Shown: in pieces, positions 50,695 to 59,783 of the stretch
Position numbering within the stretch: the first letter of the stretch is position 1
Layout of the letters: each line of letters opens with the position of its first letter
Assembly (NCBI GenBank): GCA_963704655.1
Contig: OY969927.1
Location: 640,001 to 704,000, forward strand
Length of the DNA stretch: 64,000 nt
Reading direction: 5' to 3'
Origin: an uncultured Candidatus Babeliaceae bacterium
GTDB lineage: Bacteria; Babelota; Babeliae; Babelales; Babelaceae
Position numbers and translations under genes: made by a program
The notes under the pieces: generated by a model
What the model saw: only the letters and a program-made list of their open reading frames with translations
Told to the model about the DNA's origin: nothing
The model's database searches: none

Positions 50695-51765
50695 GTTTTC
50701 TTTTTGCCAATAGAGATATAACTCATTGTCATAATCAATAACCTGCTGAGGAAAATGCTCTTCATTCTGTTCAAAAACCTGTACCAACTGTTGGTTTTCC
50801 AAACGAATATTATATTGCGTTGATCTACCATGATAGACAATCGCTTCAACAATTCCTTTAAGACGGGAAGAAAAACCGTCAATCTCTTTTTTTGTAATAA
50901 AAAATTTTTCTGGACGAATACTCATCACAATAGCTTTACCAGGAACCATCCACTCTTTTTTACGCGGTATAAAAATTGGAAAGGTTCCTAATTGTGGAAT
51001 ATCAATATGTGGTTGCCCTTCAAACTCTTGGTAGGTGCCACCAAAAATATTCGTGTTCCCCACAAATTGTGCCACAAATGAAGATTGTGGAAATTCATAA
51101 ATCTCTTTTGGCGTACCAATCTGTTCAACCAAACCACCATTACTCATAATAGCCATTTGGTCCGCTACGGTTAGCGCTTCAGAAGGATCATGCGTAACAT
51201 AAATAAAGGTTGTCTTAAGTTTATCTTGCAGCTCAATAAGCTCGATAAGCACTTTTTCGCGCAAGCGGATATCAAGCGCCGCCAATGGTTCATCAAGCAA
51301 TAACACTTCAGGTTCATTAATAATGGCACGTGCAAGCGCTACACGCTGCTGCTGGCCACCAGATAATGTTTTAATATGCTTATGAACATGTGCTTCTAGA
51401 TGCACCGAACGTAATACTTTAATCACTCGCTCATTAATCTCATCTTTATGAACACCCTTTACGACAAGGCCATATGCAACATTTTCAAAAACGGTCATAT
51501 GAGGGAATAGCGCATAGTTTTGAAAAACCGTGTTAACCCGTCTTTGATTAATGGGCTTATGGGTAATATTTTCATCTCCCAAAAAAATAGCCCCGCTATC
51601 AACGGTTTCAAAACCGGCGATAAGACGCAAAATAGTTGTCTTTCCACAACCACTTGGCCCTAAAAGAGCAAAAAACTTCCCTTCAGGGATAGTTAGATTA
51701 AGGTTCTCAAGGATAATGTCACCTTGATAACTTTTGGTAATATTTTTTAATTGAATGCTTCTCAT
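50674..51765 (-). CDS. potA: Polyamine ABC ATP-binding protein
   Basis: GPSGCGKTT, FQNYALFPH, LSGGQQQR, LLDEP, C-terminal TOBE-like region. Confidence 0.93.
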   Translation of the reverse strand: MRSIQLKNITKSYQGDIILENLNLTIPEGKFFALLGPSGCGKTTILRLIAGFETVDSGAIFLGDENITHKPINQRRVNTVFQNYALFPHMTVFENVAYGLVVKGVHKDEINERVIKVLRSVHLEAHVHKHIKTLSGGQQQRVALARAIINEPEVLLLDEPLAALDIRLREKVLIELIELQDKLKTTFIYVTHDPSEALTVADQMAIMSNGGLVEQIGTPKEIYEFPQSSFVAQFVGNTNIFGGTYQEFEGQPHIDIPQLGTFPIFIPRKKEWMVPGKAIVMSIRPEKFFITKKEIDGFSSRLKGIVEAIVYHGRSTQYNIRLENQQLVQVFEQNEEHFPQQVIDYDNELYLYWQKENVVIVER

Positions 51766-52478
51766 GAACGTTTAGCCTTGCGTCGAGCAAAATACATCGG
51801 TACCACAATATCTGATAGTGTACAAGGAATTACCACGGCAACCAATAAAAAGATAAGTAATATCCCCATCATATTGTGCCAATAGGTAAAACCGTAAGAA
51901 ACCATGTAAAAAAGCGCCGCAAGTGAACTGATGAGAATATGAATAAAATGAGATGCTAATGAGATAAAGCCTAAACTGCTTTCACCATGAGATCTTATCA
52001 TCCAACCATTTAATAACCCAACAAACATAAAAGGCAAGAGATTAATTAAATCGGGAAGATTCGTAAAACAGACGTGCACCGGCATACTTACGCCAAGCAA
52101 ATTCCCAGCCAGCGCTGGCAGGGCAACGTCAGAAAGCGTACAAAAGATTGCCGGAGCTATAAGAGAAACTAAAATGCCCCCAATAACGTTCTTTGAAAAA
52201 CGAAAGAACATAATGCAGGTGCCCGTAACAGCAAAAATTAAGTGCAAATAATGGAATGAATGAAACAAGATATGATACGACTGTGCCAATTCACGACTAT
52301 TATGATAACCAGTGCCGGTCAAAAGATGCAATAAACTTAAAACGGTAAAACCCAGCGCAAGCGAAAAAGCAGCGTAGGGAAAATGGCACATTAATTCTTG
52401 ACGCAATGAGCCGATATGGCCATCATGCGTGTGTTTTGAATGATCGTGATGCCCGCTATGATCATGTAAATTGCTCAT
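51762..52478 (-). CDS. Membrane protein with His-rich N-terminus
   Basis: HDHSGHHDHSKHTH, several TM helices, repeated CTLSD motif. Confidence 0.7.
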   Translation of the reverse strand: MSNLHDHSGHHDHSKHTHDGHIGSLRQELMCHFPYAAFSLALGFTVLSLLHLLTGTGYHNSRELAQSYHILFHSFHYLHLIFAVTGTCIMFFRFSKNVIGGILVSLIAPAIFCTLSDVALPALAGNLLGVSMPVHVCFTNLPDLINLLPFMFVGLLNGWMIRSHGESSLGFISLASHFIHILISSLAALFYMVSYGFTYWHNMMGILLIFLLVAVVIPCTLSDIVVPMYFARRKAKRS

Positions 52479-52701
52479 ACGTATCCTTTTATTGATGCGC
52501 AAAGGCGCATTTTTTTTAAATTAAAAAAAGAGATTTCATGTAGGGTTTAATTATACGCCAAGATAATCCAAATTGCAAAATACACCCCTAAATTTAGTCA
52601 ATTAATAATTTTACAATATTTTAACAACCCTATCTTAATGAGCTAAAAATATTATAACATAATAGTAAATATTTTTAATACTGGTAATAAGAAAGGGACC
52701 T

Positions 52702-54240
52702 ATGAACACCGTTCAAAGATACAGCTTTATATTTTTGTTAATAGTAATAGTACCGCAAAGAGTAGATGCTTTTCAACAGTCTATGGCCGCCTTACGCAGA
52801 AGTACTCAACAAATATCACCCACTTTACGCAGAAGCACCCAGCAAGTAGCCCCATATATCAGTAAACGTTATTTAACCTCGGCACAAGCAGCAACCATTT
52901 TGGGGGTTCAATCTGGAGCTACCCCACAAGAAATCAAATCGGCTTACCATAAACAGGCTAAACACTGGCATCCAGATTATGCTACTCGAAGAGGGGTTCC
53001 GGCAACTGAAGCTAATAAAAAAATGAGAGAAATTACAGAAGCATTTGATCAACTAAAAAAACAACCAATTTGGCAAAGTGCATATCAATCGAATCAATCA
53101 TCTTACGAGCAACAAGAGCAAACTTATGAACAGAAAGAGGAGCCTAAAAAAGAAAACCCTTCAATGAGCCCAGAACAAGAAAAACAATACGACGAGCTCT
53201 TTAAAGAAGGTTTCAGGTTTGTTAAATCAAAGTTTGCTGACTCTGGCACCCTTTTTACTGATAGCCGCTTTAGTGACAATGAACCAGTCCCACTTTCAAA
53301 TCGCTTAAAATATCTTCAAGAACGCTCGTGGGATGAAAAATCTATATATAGAAACGAAAATTTTTTAGCTTTAGCAGACACCATCGATACGTTTGGAGAA
53401 GCCACCACCTTAGCAGCATTGTTACAACCGGATTTCAAGGGAAACATCTTTGATATTCTAACAGCTCTTATGAATGGCTTAGAACGATATGATAATTACG
53501 TGAAAAAATTTGGAACTAAGACAATTTCAGAAAAAGATCTTAAAAAATTCGCTAAAGTTAAAAATTTTTTAACATACCTGCCTAATGAATATAAAACAGC
53601 TTTATCCCTTTTAAAAATTACGCATGGCCAAAAAGATGCTGTATCGCATGATAAATTTAAACCATTCTTAAACACTATAAAACAGTTTAGCCCTGCAGAA
53701 CTTTCTACATTTTCAAAAAAGTTTGGGCCTCTTGTTATAAATAACGCTAAGCTTTCAGGACTCTTTAATACGTTCTTAAAAGATTTTTTTATTAATATAG
53801 CCAGAGATTTTGAAAATTATTCCCAAGAAGAGACAGAAGTATTTTTGAAGCTTTTTTCAAACTTTTCTTATTCAGTTCAATTGCCTTTATTGGCAAAATG
53901 CACGTATTGGAATTTAAAAGACCCAAAAGAACAGCACGCAGAACGCTACCTTAAGCTTCTTAATACTATTTTAGAATCGCATCAAGACTTACCAACTCAG
54001 GAAGATGTTCTTTTGAAAAAGGAACGTGGTGAACCATTTTTAGATACCATTGGTAGCTACCTAAACCACAGCGAGCATTATAAAAGATTTTTACAGAGTG
54101 GCATGCTTCAAAAAGCTGCTTTTATAATCGATGAAAGCCACCCAGACCAATACCCTAAGCTTACAGAACTTATTTATTACCTTCTAAAAATTCCTAATAA
54201 AACGATCCACCAACAGCTAAGAACCGCTATTTTTGGATAA
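52702..54240 (+). CDS. Secreted J-domain (DnaJ-like) protein
   Basis: Signal VDA|F; AATILGV...EIKSAYHKQAKHWHPD...MREITEAF. Confidence 0.88.
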   Translation: MNTVQRYSFIFLLIVIVPQRVDAFQQSMAALRRSTQQISPTLRRSTQQVAPYISKRYLTSAQAATILGVQSGATPQEIKSAYHKQAKHWHPDYATRRGVPATEANKKMREITEAFDQLKKQPIWQSAYQSNQSSYEQQEQTYEQKEEPKKENPSMSPEQEKQYDELFKEGFRFVKSKFADSGTLFTDSRFSDNEPVPLSNRLKYLQERSWDEKSIYRNENFLALADTIDTFGEATTLAALLQPDFKGNIFDILTALMNGLERYDNYVKKFGTKTISEKDLKKFAKVKNFLTYLPNEYKTALSLLKITHGQKDAVSHDKFKPFLNTIKQFSPAELSTFSKKFGPLVINNAKLSGLFNTFLKDFFINIARDFENYSQEETEVFLKLFSNFSYSVQLPLLAKCTYWNLKDPKEQHAERYLKLLNTILESHQDLPTQEDVLLKKERGEPFLDTIGSYLNHSEHYKRFLQSGMLQKAAFIIDESHPDQYPKLTELIYYLLKIPNKTIHQQLRTAIFG

Positions 54241-54281
54241 CCTATAATATCGATTAATTTTTATCTTGATAAAGTAATTTT

Positions 54282-54309
54282 AGGGGCCCTTATTTGGGGC
54301 CCCTTTTTT
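54282..54309 (+). terminator. Intrinsic terminator
   Basis: AGGGGCCC-ttatttg-GGGCCCCT followed by T-run. Confidence 0.8.
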
Positions 54310-54364
54310 GAAAACTCACCAATCATATCACCCTGATAAATACTTCAATTTGAAATTAAAGCCA

Positions 54365-54394
54365 TTGACTTTCGAGCCAGCGCCATTTTATAAT
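54365..54394 (+). promoter_or_regulatory. Sigma70-type promoter
   Basis: TTGACT-18 bp-TATAAT. Confidence 0.55.
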
Positions 54395-54446
54395 AAAAAT
54401 AAAGAATGCATTTATCTCAAAATTTATTTGTAAAAGAAGGATCATT

Positions 54447-55790
54447 ATGAACACTTATACTAAAAGTGCCTTATTTATAACACTTTTGAGCACAATTTCA
54501 ATGCTTGAATGTATGACGGCAAGAAGCGCACAAGGCTTAAGTGCTATTCGTCAAGGGGTTGCTGGAACAGCCAGAACATCAATAGTTGGAACGGCGCGAG
54601 GATCAGGTTTACGCTCAGCAAGCCAAGCAGCTAAACAACAAACGTCTTTTTTCCAACGTGGATATTCTCAAATGTCGCGCGAAGAAGCGGCAAATATATT
54701 TCGCTTACCTAAAAATGCAACCGCTGAAGAGATAACCGCTAAATATAGACAGTTAGCAAAAGAATACCACCCTGACATAAATCCAACAGGGGCAAAAAAT
54801 ATGCAAAACATAAATCTTGCACGCGAGACATTATTAAAGAAGACGGGGGAAGCCACTGTTCAAGAAGCATCTGCAGCAAAAGCAGCACAAGAACAAGCCA
54901 GCCAGGCCTCTGAATACTTTAAAAACATATCTGAAATTTATAAAGATAGTTTAAACAAAGGCTTAGAGAGCCTCAAAAATTCTTTGAAGGAAGCTGAACA
55001 AAAATTTGATAAAACACTAAATGATCTTAAAAAAGCTGGCAAAGAATATAACTTCCAGGCTTTATACGATGAGTACATATCCAAAAACGCTTTTTTGGCA
55101 CGTGAAAATGCTCAAAAGATGGTGCAAAATGCCCAAAAAGTTGCAGAATCAATAGGTGAAAACCTCTCAAAAAAATTCAAGACTTTAAACCTTGATCAAT
55201 ACCCCGAATATAAAACATTGTATCAAAAAACAATGCAAGAAATCAAAAATGATCAAGCTAAAACTGTCAAATTCATTGAAAGTTCCATGGCGTTATCCAA
55301 TCAATCTTTACATTCCGCTAAAATGGCTACTGCAGAATCTTATCACTTATGCTATCAAAAAATACGCGAGCAGCTTTATTCAGTCTACTTTAAAGATATA
55401 GTTTATGTTCTAGAAAACGATCTTAAAGCACTCACAAAAGGTGAAAAAATTCGCATTCTAGAAAAATTTAATAAGGAATTCGATTACGCATCAGAATTAT
55501 TCGCTAGCATGAATGTAACTCCAGAAGTATTTGCAAAAAGTCTTGATAAGTTAATAACTTCGATGCAACGTATTACTGGAGAAGTTATTACTGATGCTGC
55601 AGGAAGTGCGAGCAGAACGGCTCAAAAACTTCAATATTCACAGTTTATGAGCCGACTAGGCGCAGGTCTTGGCGCTGCAGCTGTCGGTGCATATTTTTGG
55701 CCTAAATCAGAAACTAAACCAGAACAAAAAGAAGTAGCGGCTAAACCACCTGTTGAAACATCTCAAGTATCCCAGGCGCCAGCAAAATAG
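54447..55790 (+). CDS. Secreted J-domain protein with C-terminal TM anchor
   Basis: MSREEAANIF...YRQLAKEYHPD...INLARETL; LGAGLGAAAVGAYFW. Confidence 0.88.
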   Translation: MNTYTKSALFITLLSTISMLECMTARSAQGLSAIRQGVAGTARTSIVGTARGSGLRSASQAAKQQTSFFQRGYSQMSREEAANIFRLPKNATAEEITAKYRQLAKEYHPDINPTGAKNMQNINLARETLLKKTGEATVQEASAAKAAQEQASQASEYFKNISEIYKDSLNKGLESLKNSLKEAEQKFDKTLNDLKKAGKEYNFQALYDEYISKNAFLARENAQKMVQNAQKVAESIGENLSKKFKTLNLDQYPEYKTLYQKTMQEIKNDQAKTVKFIESSMALSNQSLHSAKMATAESYHLCYQKIREQLYSVYFKDIVYVLENDLKALTKGEKIRILEKFNKEFDYASELFASMNVTPEVFAKSLDKLITSMQRITGEVITDAAGSASRTAQKLQYSQFMSRLGAGLGAAAVGAYFWPKSETKPEQKEVAAKPPVETSQVSQAPAK

Positions 55791-55799
55791 AGTAAAAAT

Positions 55800-55822
55800 A
55801 GGGGCTCCAACTGGAGCCCTTT
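55800..55822. terminator. Terminator between convergent units
   Basis: GGGCTCCA-ac-TGGAGCCC-ttt. Confidence 0.65.
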
Positions 55823-55826
55823 CTGT

Positions 55827-55860
55827 TTAAAACGCATTGCCCAGTGTCAAAAAACATGCA
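55827..55860 (-). repeat. Displaced duplicate of the Omp85 gene 3' end
   Basis: ACFLTLGNAF* versus AWFLTLGNAF*; 28/33 nt to 56520-56552. Confidence 0.88.
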
Positions 55861-55877
55861 TGCATATGATATATTGC

Positions 55878-56216
55878 TTATAAAAGTTTGTTACAAACCT
55901 GACGAAATATTTTTTTAAAAGCCACTTGATCTATTTCACCTAGCTGCCCGATTTTTTTATGTATTAAACGATTATCAAGCGTAAAGAGCTTCATACGAAT
56001 TAATGAAGCAGAAGGTAAATTTGTGGATACTAAATCTGCAATAACATGATCATGCGCTCTTTGCTGATGAAGAGCAGAACTTATCATTACCAAAATAACT
56101 GAGCCGTCTCTATTAAATTCAGCATCAGATAAGACCAAAGCTGGCCGTATTTTTGTTTGCAGAGAATCGACAAAGGGGAAAGGGACAATAACAATATCAA
56201 AGCTTTTGTAGATCAC
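55878..56216 (-). CDS. PemK/MazF-family toxin (GTG start 56216)
   Basis: FDIVIVPFPF, KIRPALVLS, MISS, SLIRMK. Confidence 0.88.
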   Translation of the reverse strand: MIYKSFDIVIVPFPFVDSLQTKIRPALVLSDAEFNRDGSVILVMISSALHQQRAHDHVIADLVSTNLPSASLIRMKLFTLDNRLIHKKIGQLGEIDQVAFKKIFRQVCNKLL

Positions 56217-56430
56217 GGTATGCCTTTTCATCTTCTTCTGAATCCCATTCAGATAACGTCTGTGCAACGGCTTTTAAATAAGTTTTATCAAGTGAATCTA
56301 TTTTTTTCAAAACAACCACACCTTCAATTATTTCAAAAATCACAGAATCACCGATTTTTAATTTCAATTGTTTACGTATTTCAGCTGGAATAGTTGTCTG
56401 GAATTTACTCGTAACCTTAACTATTTTCAT
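56197..56430 (-). CDS. AbrB/MazE-family antitoxin
   Basis: KVTSKFQTTIPAEIRKQL, acidic tail EWDSEEDEKAY; overlaps toxin. Confidence 0.88.
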   Translation of the reverse strand: MKIVKVTSKFQTTIPAEIRKQLKLKIGDSVIFEIIEGVVVLKKIDSLDKTYLKAVAQTLSEWDSEEDEKAYRDLQKL

Positions 56431-56450
56431 AAGAGAGCCCTTCTGGTAAA

Positions 56451-56477
56451 ATTCTTACGATTCTTACCAATAAGAAT
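56451..56477. promoter_or_regulatory. Probable TA autoregulatory operator
   Basis: ATTCTTAC twice and inverted ATTCTTA-ccaa-TAAGAAT upstream of antitoxin. Confidence 0.5.
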
Positions 56478-56519
56478 ACCATAGGCTTACTTTCAAAACA
56501 ATATTAAACTCTATAAATT

Positions 56520-59168
56520 TTAAAACGCATTACCTAATGTCAAAAACCACGCATACGAAGCTTGGTCATAGTAAGATTGGTTGCCGGGGAATTTTTTCCA
56601 TTTCCACCCAATATCAAAGCGCAATGGCCCAACAGGGGTGTTCCAGCGTAAGCCAAAGCCAGAGGCACCAATAATATCTTTTGCATGAATATCGGTAATG
56701 GCACTTTGCGTAAGAAGCCCAATATCAGTAAACAATGTTCCACCAAGTGATCTAAAAATCGTAAAACGCAACTCAAAGTTGCCATTCATCATAGTTTTGC
56801 CACCTGTGGGAACAACAATAACTTCTTGATTGCAATTAGTGTAAAAGTTTAATGGTGGAGCAAGATCCGGTTCATAACCACGCAACGAATAAGCACCGCC
56901 TAAATAAAATCGCTCTGGTGGCATTATGGCAGAAAATTGCTGATACACAATTGTCCCCAAGCGTAAACGTATTGCTAACACGGTATGCGATGGCTTGTGC
57001 AGCGGAATATAACTTCCCTGCTCTAATAAAAATTTTATAAAAGCAGCATCGCGAACTCCTAAAGGAGCAAATGCTTTTGATGAAAGAACTAAGTACCAGC
57101 CTGCAAGTGGGTCAAGGCGATTATCAACATCACTGACATATACTGACGGCTCACAAAAAAAGTAGGGAATTCGTTTATCAACAAAGCGTGTAGTAAAATC
57201 TATTGCCTGTGAAAGCGTTTTTGAAATATCAGAAATCTGCATCCAATCAATACCGCTTGTTAATCCCCACTGGAAACCAAAAATATCTTGCGATAAACCC
57301 CATAAAAAACCATCTTGTGCGTAACGGTATAATATTTCACGTGAACCGATAACAACTGGCTGATCATAACGGTTACTATAAAGTTTAAATTGCTGTTTTA
57401 TCGGCAGGTTACCTAAAAATGCTAATTGATACATAAGCATGGCATACCGTAAAAAACGTGTAATATCAAACTGCACAGAAAAAATATCTGCTGCTTTGCG
57501 TGGATTTTTCCATAAAAATGTTCCACCAAATTTATATGTTGCACCGCCGCGCCAGGTGAAGTTGGTACCAACACCTTGAAAACCTGCACGCGCACGCACT
57601 TCAAATGGGTCACTATCTTGTAGCTGAATATGGACTATCTTTTCATCTTCTTTTGTAGCGATGTTTTCTGGAAATACCGTTACCTGATCAAAAACACCAA
57701 AATTGCGTATCATTGCCGCTGTTTCATCTAACTTTTTTTTATTCCACGTATCACCCTTTTTATACTTTACCGCTCGTTCTATAATAGTATTTGACACGAT
57801 ACAAGAACCTTTAATATGTGTAGCACCAAAAGCAACTTTTTTGTTATCAGAAAAATGCCATTCTAAAACATGCTCGCCATCGTGCATAACAAATTGGGGT
57901 ATTACATGGGTGTACAAATACCCTTTTTCATGCAACTGTTTTTGTAAAAACTTTCGCATGCGCCCAATAAGAGTGCTATCTACAATTAACGGTATCTTTT
58001 GTTGTAACGTAACGTGTTGCTGTTGATAATAGGGTGCATGTTTTTTACACCAACTTTGACGATAGAGTAATGTTAAGAGCCCTTCAAAATCTTCGCCTAT
58101 AATTTTTGTTACAGTCAGTTGCTCGCCAAGATCAACGGTAACAGCAAGTTCATAGTTCCCCGATGGTAACTTATGCATCTGTGTGTCATGAATTTTAACT
58201 TTCCAATATCCCTGCTGAACAAGATATAATGTAAATGCTGATACCGCTTGCAATATTTTTTTATGATCATAACGCGTTGAAACAAGTCCCTTAAAGAATG
58301 CGCTGCGTTGAATTAAACAATCGTCAACGCCATGAACACTTACACGCTCAATTAAAGCTTGTGAACCTTCTTTAATAGAAAATAAAAGATTTAATGGTTC
58401 ATCGTAATACTCAATTTCGACATCTAAATAACCCTGTTTATGATAACGATCACGAAGCTCCTGAGCAAGTAACTCGGGTGGAATTATAGGTAGCGCTTTA
58501 CCAAACTCTGCACATGTCTGATACAACTGTTGCGCAGTAAAAAAAGAATTTCCAACAAATGTAAACCTTTTTTTATCATGCAATGAACAGTTAAATTGAA
58601 TATCAACAAGGGAATTTTCATCATGTCTTAATTGTTCCATTTCAATAGATGCAAAGAGATACCCCTTTTTTGCAAAGTAAGCAGATATCATTCGTGCCTG
58701 AGCATCAAGCAAATCCTGTGCACAGTATGCATTTTTTAGACGCGATTCAAGACGCTGATGTAATTTTTTAAAAATCTCTTCAACGCCATCTTTTTGCACG
58801 ATTTCATTTCGCAATTGACAGGTAACTGAACGTATCGTAAATAGTGGCCCTGATTTAATCGAAAGGTGCACATGCGCGGTATGGCGAGTTTGATCAAAAT
58901 TAATACGTGATTCTACATGGGCAGTAAGATACCCAAGTCGCTTAAGATACTTTTCAATTGCGCGTATACCATCTTCATGCTCTGCCTGTTTAAATGGTAC
59001 GCCTTTTGAAAGTCGATAAAGTTTTTTATAGAGGTCTTTGCCGGTAAAAATACCGGAAATTGAAATTTTACGTATAGTATATTCGGGTAAATTTTCAGCA
59101 GCTAAGTTTATACTGCTTGTGCACAGGTACAAAATTATATGCATGATCAAAAGATGTACGCGTTTCAT
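56520..59168 (-). CDS. Omp85 (BamA/TamA) family protein with POTRA domains
   Basis: RFYLGGAYSLRGY, GFGLRWNTPVGPLRFDIG, terminal F. Confidence 0.9.
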   Translation of the reverse strand: MKRVHLLIMHIILYLCTSSINLAAENLPEYTIRKISISGIFTGKDLYKKLYRLSKGVPFKQAEHEDGIRAIEKYLKRLGYLTAHVESRINFDQTRHTAHVHLSIKSGPLFTIRSVTCQLRNEIVQKDGVEEIFKKLHQRLESRLKNAYCAQDLLDAQARMISAYFAKKGYLFASIEMEQLRHDENSLVDIQFNCSLHDKKRFTFVGNSFFTAQQLYQTCAEFGKALPIIPPELLAQELRDRYHKQGYLDVEIEYYDEPLNLLFSIKEGSQALIERVSVHGVDDCLIQRSAFFKGLVSTRYDHKKILQAVSAFTLYLVQQGYWKVKIHDTQMHKLPSGNYELAVTVDLGEQLTVTKIIGEDFEGLLTLLYRQSWCKKHAPYYQQQHVTLQQKIPLIVDSTLIGRMRKFLQKQLHEKGYLYTHVIPQFVMHDGEHVLEWHFSDNKKVAFGATHIKGSCIVSNTIIERAVKYKKGDTWNKKKLDETAAMIRNFGVFDQVTVFPENIATKEDEKIVHIQLQDSDPFEVRARAGFQGVGTNFTWRGGATYKFGGTFLWKNPRKAADIFSVQFDITRFLRYAMLMYQLAFLGNLPIKQQFKLYSNRYDQPVVIGSREILYRYAQDGFLWGLSQDIFGFQWGLTSGIDWMQISDISKTLSQAIDFTTRFVDKRIPYFFCEPSVYVSDVDNRLDPLAGWYLVLSSKAFAPLGVRDAAFIKFLLEQGSYIPLHKPSHTVLAIRLRLGTIVYQQFSAIMPPERFYLGGAYSLRGYEPDLAPPLNFYTNCNQEVIVVPTGGKTMMNGNFELRFTIFRSLGGTLFTDIGLLTQSAITDIHAKDIIGASGFGLRWNTPVGPLRFDIGWKWKKFPGNQSYYDQASYAWFLTLGNAF

Positions 59169-59196
59169 ACCCTAAATATAATTATAGATTAAAATG

Positions 59197-59312
59197 ACCG
59201 CCCGCATGGATGGTGCGAAACGCACTGTCTTGACTACGCTCACCACGAGCGGCCGCACCCCGCTCATCCCAAGTGCCCGAAGTAGCGTTTACGCAAAAGA
59301 CGGTTGTATCTG
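59197..59312. repeat. Composite, degenerate palindromic repeat cluster
   Basis: gactacgctcaccacgagcggccg and ccgctcatccc match the 31080-31155 units; nested GTGCgaaacGCAC. Confidence 0.65.
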
Positions 59313-59356
59313 AGGAGTAAGAGGAAAACGTTAAGCAAGATTTCTGTATAATTAGA

Positions 59357-59635
59357 TTAGAGCATTATACGAAAAACGCCACGGTAATCTTTATCTTTCA
59401 AGAATGGGTCGATAATAACATCTTGGCCGCCTTGAGCAGCAATAACTTCATCAACCTTATCTAAAAAAGTATCCAGATCTGCAGAAACGCCGCAAGCAAT
59501 AATTTTTACCGTCTCCGGGGTACTTGCCATTACAAAACCTTCAAGCTTACACTCAAGGGCCTGTTTTTGAAGGGCGTTCAAGAGCTTCTCGCTTGAACGT
59601 TGCACGCTAAACGTCATTTTAATACATCGGCTCAT
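59357..59635 (-). CDS. Acylphosphatase-like small protein
   Basis: ALECKLEGFV...VKIIACG, 92 aa; catalytic signature not obvious. Confidence 0.5.
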   Translation of the reverse strand: MSRCIKMTFSVQRSSEKLLNALQKQALECKLEGFVMASTPETVKIIACGVSADLDTFLDKVDEVIAAQGGQDVIIDPFLKDKDYRGVFRIML

Positions 59636-59783
59636 GGCTTTCTCCTTACTAGAGATGATTCATTTAATAAAAGGTAACAAAAAATCGACGCACTTTGCAA
59701 TTTTTAGTATAATAGTAAAAATAACTATGCTCGTGCTCAGCAAAGTTCCTTGTCACCCCTACCATTTTTTGGACAAAAAACTT

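Noticed and set aside
59177-59359. tataatta(ta)gatta flanking the repeat cluster as a target duplication
   Set aside because: Very AT-rich and needs an indel; not distinguishable from chance
59634-59783. 50-aa N-terminal extension of GltX (similarly potC, sufS, 9135 and 18957 ORFs)
   Set aside because: Upstream in-frame starts cover promoter/intergenic DNA or the neighbouring gene; family motifs or signal peptides begin at later ATGs
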